Source: Macrostomum lignano (Eukaryota). From it: a stretch of 64,000 nt of DNA. The stretch lies in NCBI GenBank assembly GCA_002269645.1, contig NIVC01003082.1, positions 1 through 64,000 on the forward strand. Reading direction: 5' to 3'. Under the pieces are notes generated by a model, which searched no databases, was not told where the DNA came from, and saw nothing but the letters and a program-made list of their open reading frames with translations. The position numbers and the translations under genes are program-made. Shown in pieces: positions 57,477 through 64,000 of the stretch; the first letter of the stretch is position 1, and each line of letters opens with the position of its first letter.

Positions 57477-60400
57477 ATGACGACAAAAGCGTACCTTAAC
57501 GTCGTTTTGGTTGGTAGCATTTTACTGGCGGTGCTAATGAACGCCTCCGATGCCAGACCAGCCGCTTTCAATGCTCCATCGAACCACTATAATTGGCTAT
57601 CTAGCAGTGGCAGACTGCAGGGACTTGAGTGCTCGCTGTGCAAAGACTTTGTAGCTCTGGTCAGAAAAGCCCTGGACTCCGGTGGTGAGGCCAGGATAAG
57701 CTTTTTTTAACGAAAACTTTAAATTGTAAAATATTTATTGTTGGATATTTACATGTCCAACGTCTGTAAAGCTGTGTCATAAACCGATTCCGTCATACAT
57801 TCACATGAGCCCAAAAATTTCCCTTAGCACTACACGTAACGCTGGAAAGTTCTGAACTATTTTAAACACAGTGTCCTGAACTGTCTTCTTTGAGAGCATT
57901 CATTAAACATTCCTTGAACATTAAGTTTTGAATTGTCTTCTTTGAGAACATCATGCATTCTCCAGACAGCAGCAACAAACATGTTTTGTCTTGAACATTG
58001 CAACTTTTGTTTACATTTGCAGAGTCCAGCTACGTCCCTGAAATAGCCAAACTAGTCTGCATCATCAAGTACAAGGAGGCTGCGCAAGTGTGCGACGGTG
58101 TTGTCACCCTGTGGCGGGTAAGGCAGTCTGTTTTGCTTTTTATTAGGTCTTTCAACACCTGGCTCAGCATGACCTTTTCATGGTAACATCTTCAAAAGCC
58201 AGTCATTTACTTAACGCATTCCGTGCAGCCAATCTTCAAGTTCGCCATAGACAAGGTGTACCTATCACCCGAGAATGTCTGCGGCCAGTATCTGGGCAGC
58301 GGCTGCTCAAACTCAACCATACCGGAGCTCAACTACTACTGGAATGTGACCCTGCCGAGTGTGCCTAAGCCGCCTGTGACACCCATTCAGCCACCGACTC
58401 CGGGGGCTCGACGACTTCGAGTTGCTCACATTAGCGACGTGCACGTGGACATGCTGTACAAGGTTGGGGCCAGTGCCGACTGCGGGCTGCCGACTTGCTG
58501 CAGGGTCAGCGACGGAGATCCGAGTGAGAGCTGTTTGCGTTGGAGCTGTTCGGTAGCTTGTGTTGGAGCTGTTCGGTAGTTTGTGTTAGAGCTGTTCGGT
58601 AGTTTGTGTTAGAGCTGTCTGGTTAGTTTGTGTTGGAGCTGTTCGGTAGTTTGTGTTGGAGCTGTTCGGTAGTTTGTGTTAGAGCTGTTCGGTAGTTTGT
58701 GTTAGAGCTGTCTGGTTAGTTTGTGTTGGAGCTGTTCGGTAGTTTGTGTTGGAGCTGTTCGGTAGTTTGTGTTGGAGCTGTTCTGTAGTTTGTATTGGAG
58801 CTTTACTGTAGTTTGTGTTGGAGCTGTTCGGTAGTTTGTGTTGGAGCTGTTCGGTAGTTAGTGTTGTAGCTGTTCGGTAGTTTGTGTTGGAGCTGTTCGG
58901 TAGTTTGTGTTAGAGCTGTCTGGTTAGTTTGTGTTGGAGCTGTTCGGTAGTTTGTGTTGGAGCTGTTCGGTAGTTTGTGTTGGAGCTGTTTGGTAGTTTG
59001 TGTTGGAGCTGTTTGGTAGTTTGTGTTGGAGCTGTTCGGTAGTTTGTGTTGGAGCTGTTCGGTAGTTTGTGTTGGAGCTGTTCGGTAGTTTGTGTTAGAG
59101 CTGTCTGGTTAGTTTGTGTTGGAGCTGTTCGGTGGTTTGTATTGGAGCTTTACTGTAGTTTGTGTTGGAGCTGTTCGGTAGTTTGTGTTGGAGCTGTTCG
59201 GTAGTTTGTGTTGGAGCTGTTTGGTAGTTTGTGTTGGAGCTGTTTGGTAGTTTGTGTTGGAGCTGTTCGGTAGTTTGTGTTGGAGCTGTTCGGTAGTTTG
59301 TGTTGGAGCTGTTCGGTAGTTTGTGTTAGAGCTGTCTGGTTAGTTTGTGTTGGAGCTGTTCGGTGGTTTGTATTGGAGCTTTACTGTAGTTTGTGTTGGA
59401 GCTGTTCGGTAGTTTGTGTTGGAGCTGTTCTGTAGTTTGTATTGGAGCTTTACTGTAGTTTGTGTTGGAGCTGTTCGGTAGTTTGTGTTGGAGCTGTTCG
59501 GTAGTTAGTGTTGTAGCTGTTCGGTAGTTTGTCTTGGAGCTGTTCGGTGGTTTGTATTGGAGCTTTACTGTAGTTTGTGTTGGGGCTGTTCGGTGGTTTG
59601 TGTTGGAGCTTTTATGTCGTTTGTGTTAGAGCTGTTTGGTAGTTTGTGTTAGAGCTGTTTGGTAGTTCGTGTTGGAGCTGTTCGGTAGTTTGTGTTGGAG
59701 CAGTTTGGTAGTTTGTGTTGTAGCTGTTCGGTAGTTTGTGTTGGAGCTGTTCGGTAGTTTGTGTTGGAGCTGTTCGGTAGTTTGTGTTGGAGCAGTTTGG
59801 TAGTTTGTGTTGTAGCTGTTCGGTAGTTTGTGTTGGAGCTGTTCGGTAGTTTGTGTTGGAGCTGTTCGGTAGTTTGTATTGGAGCTTTACTGTAGTTTGT
59901 GTTGGAGCTGTTCGGTAGCTTGTGTTGGAGCTATTCGGTAGTTGTGTTGGAGCTGTTCGGTAGTTTGTGTTGGAGCTGTCTGGTAGTTTGTGTTGGAACT
60001 GTTCGGTACCTTGGGTTGGACCTGCTGAAATCAGAAAAGTACATTTAGCTTTAAAGTTATTACCATGGTAATTCCACGGTATTTCCATACTGTCTCAAAT
60101 CGAATCACCCAGGCACGTCAAAGCGCAGAGCGGCTTACTGGGGCGACTACAACTGCGACCTTCCTTGGTGGTCCTTGGATCGAATCTTCAGCCAATTGAA
60201 TCGCACAGAGAAGGTCTAGCATGCAAAATTTTGTCTTTTAATGTTAACTAATGTTCTTCTAAGACACCTACCTGTCTAAAAGACGCGGTATACTTCCTTT
60301 CTTAAGATAAACTTATTACTGATGCAAATTTTCTCACTTCCAATCCTGTCAGTTCGACGCCATCTATTTCACGGGCGACCTTCCCGACCATCACGTGTGG

Positions 60401-63400
60401 GAGCAGACTCGGGAGCAGCAGGTCGACATCTACCGGAATTTCACCGCCCTATTGAGCAAATATTTTCCCGACGTGGCGTTCGTTGCCGCGCTTGGCAACC
60501 ATGAGAGCGTGCCGGTTAACAGGTGAGCTTATGGGATAATGAACATTGAATATTGGCCATATTGTATCGCCCAAAATTTAGCTCGCGTCCGCGTGCATGG
60601 CCGCTAACGTTTATACCGCTAAGCTGCTCTGCCCACGGTAATTTCAGCTTCCCTCCACGCTACATCAAGGGCAACGAGTCGATGGATTGGTACTATCCGG
60701 CGCTGTGGGAGTTCCTGTCGCCCTGGGTCCCGTCGGATCAGAAGGAAAATGTTCTGAAGTGAGTGCAAAGTGAACGCCAGCTGCCACAGCCATCACCAGC
60801 AGAACAACCCTTCAGCAGCACCTACATAGTGCCCTCTCACAGAGTCCCCTACACAGTGCCCCCTACACAGTGCCCCCTAAGTGCCCCCACAGTGCCCCCT
60901 ACACAGTGCCCCCTTACACAGTGCCCCCTAAGTGCCCCCTACACAGTGCCCCCTAAGTGCCCCTATACAGTGCCCCCTTACATGTACACAGTGCCCCCTA
61001 AGTGCCCCTATACAGTGCCCCCTTACATGTACACAGTGCCCCCTACACAGTGCCCCCTAAGTGCCCCCTACACAGTGCCCCCTACACAGTGCCCCCTAAG
61101 TGCCCCCTACACAATGCCCCCTACACAGTGCCCCCTACACAGTGCCCCCTACACAATGCCCACACAGGGAAATTTGATAACACATCCAACACTGACTATT
61201 TCAGAGGTGGCTACTACACCCAACTTCTGTACCCCGGCTTTCGAGTTGTGTCGCTAAATTTGAACTACGGCAACAATTTGAATTGGTGCGCTTTTTAACG
61301 GAATTAAAACTGATTGATTCGATCAAAATCAGATTGCTCTAAAGTCAAGCATTTTTTTCATTCCATATTTAAATATGGTAAATAAGAAAATAACAATTTA
61401 CAGGTGGATACTACAGAACATCACGGATCCAGACGATCAGCTTCAGTGGCTAATTAGCGTGCTCCAGCGAGCCGAGAGCAACGGTGAGAAGGTGCACATA
61501 CTTGGCCACATACCGTCTTCCGACTTGATTAAAGGATATTCGTGGAATTATTTCAAAATTGCCGAAAGGTTTGTGACTAAATTTGTTCAGCAACTGGACA
61601 TTATTCGATAGATAAGAGTTAAAAAAAAGTCATATCGTCAAAGGTCAAGCCACGGACGGTGTACATCCTGAAACCCACCCAGCATCTCCCGCCCCTCCAA
61701 CAGATACGAATCCACCATCACGGGTCACTTTTTTGGTCACACGCACCACGACGAACTCGGGGTGTACTTTGACCCGGCCAACACAACCAGAGCATTCGGC
61801 ACGGCCTACATCGTTGGCAGTCTGAAAACTGACGACAATCCTAGCTACAGGGTTTACGAAGTGGACGGAGGCTATGCCAACGCCTCGTGGGTGAGTGCAC
61901 TAATCAAGTATCGAACTATACATATCGGCTAGCGCTCATTAGGCTTTAAAATACGTCATAAGAGATGTGAGCTTCTTTCGTTTTTTTTCTCAAAGTACCA
62001 TTGAGATTAGACTGAGGACAATAATCTGTTCTCAATGGGACTTAGAAAACAACAGAGTATTGTCCTCAAAGTCTCATTGAGAATGGACTATTGTCCTCAA
62101 AGTCCCATTGAGAACAAACTATTGTCCTCAAAGTCCCATTGAGAATAAGACTATTGTCCTCAAAGTCTCATTGAGAATGGACTATTGTCGTCAAAGTTTC
62201 ATTGAGAATAGACTATTGTCCTCAAAATTCCATTGAGAATAGACTATTGTCCTCAAAGTCCCATTGAGAATAGACTATTGTCCTTAAAGTCTCATTGAGA
62301 ACAGACTATTGTACTCAAATCTCATTGAGAATAGACTATTGTCCTCAAAGTCCCATTGAGAATAGACTATTGTCCTTAAAGTCTCATTGAGAATAGACTA
62401 TTGTCCTCAAATCTCATTGAGAATAGACTATTGTCCTGAAAGCATCATCAATTGATAATGAAGCTAAAATCTTTTTTCAGCAAGTGCTCGACTATTACAA
62501 CTACATATTCAATCTGACCGAAGCTAACCAAGCTGGCCAACAGCGCGATCCGACTTGGATTCTGGAGTATCAGCCTACTGTAAGTAGAAATGTCAAAAAA
62601 TTGTCACAATAATTTATGTATAGGTTTTAGTAAGATTTTTAATATATTTCATCACAGAAAGACTACGGTCTGAGATACGCGTTTCCTGCCGAGTGGGCGA
62701 AACTGATTGACAGATTTGAGCAGAGCGACGAATTATTTCAACTGTACATCAGGTCAGTTCTATTGAGACTGGTACCCTCAAAATCTTATTGAATTAGATT
62801 GTTGTCCTCAAGATCTCGTTGAGATTAGACTATTTTCCTCGAAATCTTATTGAGATTAGACTGGTTTACTCACAATTTCACTGAGATTAGATTCCATTTT
62901 GGAGGCCTCTAAATCTCATTGAGATTAGGCTGGTGTCCTCAAAATCTCATCGAGATTAGACTGGTGCCCTCAAAATCTCATTGAGATTAGACTGGTGTCT
63001 TCAAAATCTCATTGAGATTAGACTGGTGTCTTCAAAATCTCATTGAGATTAGACTGGTGTCTTCAAAATCTCGTTAAAACTAGGCTGGTTTCCTCAAAAT
63101 CTCATTGAGATGAGGCTTGAGTCCTCACAATCTCATAGAGATTAAATGTTGGTCTCTAAATCTCATTGAGATTGAATTGATGGTCCCTAAATCTCATTGA
63201 GATTAGTCTGGTGCCTTCAAAATCTCATTGAGATTATTTTGGTTTCCTCACAAGTTCATTGAGATTAGACTGGTGTCCTCAACACTATACACTGCATTCT
63301 GTCAAAAATGCTTCCTACATCATCAACGCCCGCAGGTTCTATCACAAGTCGCACCTGCTCAGCTCTCAGCAGCCGTGCACAGGTGACTGCAAGCGGCAGT

Positions 63401-63453
63401 TCATCTGTCGAATGCGGAACATGCGATCAGGGGACGACTCGATTCCGTGCTGA
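57477..63453 (+). CDS. SMPD1: Acid sphingomyelinase (saposin-B + metallophosphoesterase), 12 exons, about 574 aa
   Basis: Exons 57477-57684, 58023-58117, 58229-58523, 60113-60213, 60353-60522, 60648-60758, 61205-61285, 61404-61568, 61704-61890, 62481-62579, 62658-62752 and 63336-63453. All GT-AG, in phase, total 1725 nt. Signal peptide, six saposin Cys, Pro-rich linker, and motifs DVHVD, TGD, GNHE, GHIP, GHTH. The symbol denotes SMPD1-like. Confidence 0.93.
58530..60005. repeat. 23-bp minisatellite, sphingomyelinase intron 3
   Basis: GTTGGAGCTGTTCGGTAGTTTGT, about 64 units. Confidence 0.97.
60820..61165. repeat. 14/10-bp composite repeat, sphingomyelinase intron 6
   Basis: CAGTGCCCCCTACA interleaved with AGTGCCCCTA units. 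Confidence 0.92.
62005..62440. repeat. 31-32-bp minisatellite, sphingomyelinase intron 9
   Basis: GACTATTGTCCTCAAAGTCCCATTGAGAATA, about 13 units. Confidence 0.93.
62760..63282. repeat. About 32-bp minisatellite, sphingomyelinase intron 11
   Basis: GAGATTAGACTGGTGTCTTCAAAATCTCATT units, the same family as 54093-54925. Confidence 0.92.
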
Positions 63454-64000
63454 TTCGGTGCATTTTGGGAACGTTAATTCAAATAAAATGAATCCTAAAA
63501 CAAATTTAATATTTTTTCTTAATCCTAATCTTAAGTCTTCATCCTTAAATCAATAGCTGAAATATTAATTCTATTGCTATCTATCAATTATTCTAAATAA
63601 ACTTTTGCTTATTTGCTTACAAACTTAATTACTAATTGCTAGGCTAATCGAATGGCGTTGGAATTTCTGTGCAAAGTCATTCTTCGAAATATAACGTATT
63701 AAAAATGAGCAATTCATAGTAGTTTTCGTGCGAATTTGAATATTGGTTCAAGTGCATCGCGAATAGTAATTTCAAATTGCAGACTCATTCGTCTGTGTAA
63801 TTGTCAGAAGCTCGGTTTCTGAGCCGCAAATTCAAACCTACGAGGCTTTGTCTGGACAAATTAGGTCTTTGAGAGCGCGACATGGAGGAAATTTTACCTC
63901 CTAAGATCTTTGCGTAGGAAGCTGAGTGCAAACTCATCATGAAACAGTCAACTTTGATTAAGTGCTCAGCTGCCGGCAGCGGATGTCATACTCTGCTTCT

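Noticed and set aside
27345-63282. Regularly spaced repeats as CRISPR arrays
   Set aside because: Units are head-to-tail with no unique spacers, there are no cas genes, and the context is eukaryotic introns.
21709-63453. GT32 and sphingomyelinase as a sphingolipid gene cluster
   Set aside because: They are 35 kb apart with unrelated genes between them, and the GT32 substrate is unknown.

Overview
Eukaryotic, intron-containing animal DNA. No prokaryotic operons, rRNA, true tRNA or CRISPR arrays. The GC-rich exons and minisatellite-filled introns resemble a free-living flatworm such as Macrostomum (inference only). I reconstructed seven genes by joining GT-AG exons in phase. (1) A DEG/ENaC channel (-), two exons around a 12.4 kb intron. 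(2) An uninterrupted GT32 glycosyltransferase CDS (+), preceded by a truncated 5' paralog. (3) A TFIIIA-like zinc-finger gene (-) with only fingers 4-9. (4) TBC1D31 (-, 8 exons). (5) PCIF1/CAPAM (+, 7 exons). (6) A probable 3-exon small secreted-peptide gene (-). (7) An acid sphingomyelinase (+, 12 exons). Mobile DNA comprises three hAT-type MITEs carrying an expandable 21-bp minisatellite (two with 8-bp TSDs), three tRNA-derived SINE copies, a 5'-truncated RTE-like LINE with a 9-bp TSD, and Tc1 and mariner fossils. The main leads are: a CpG-depleted domain of about 9 kb between TBC1D31 and PCIF1, where the RT motif YADD has decayed to YTNN purely at CpG positions; the TFIIIA lacking its main DNA-binding fingers; the unannotated secreted peptide, which sits inside a split repeat array; and the intron-specific minisatellites, some packed with AG|GT splice motifs. 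Most long ORFs in the supplied track are stop-free repeat artefacts. All counts are by eye and approximate.
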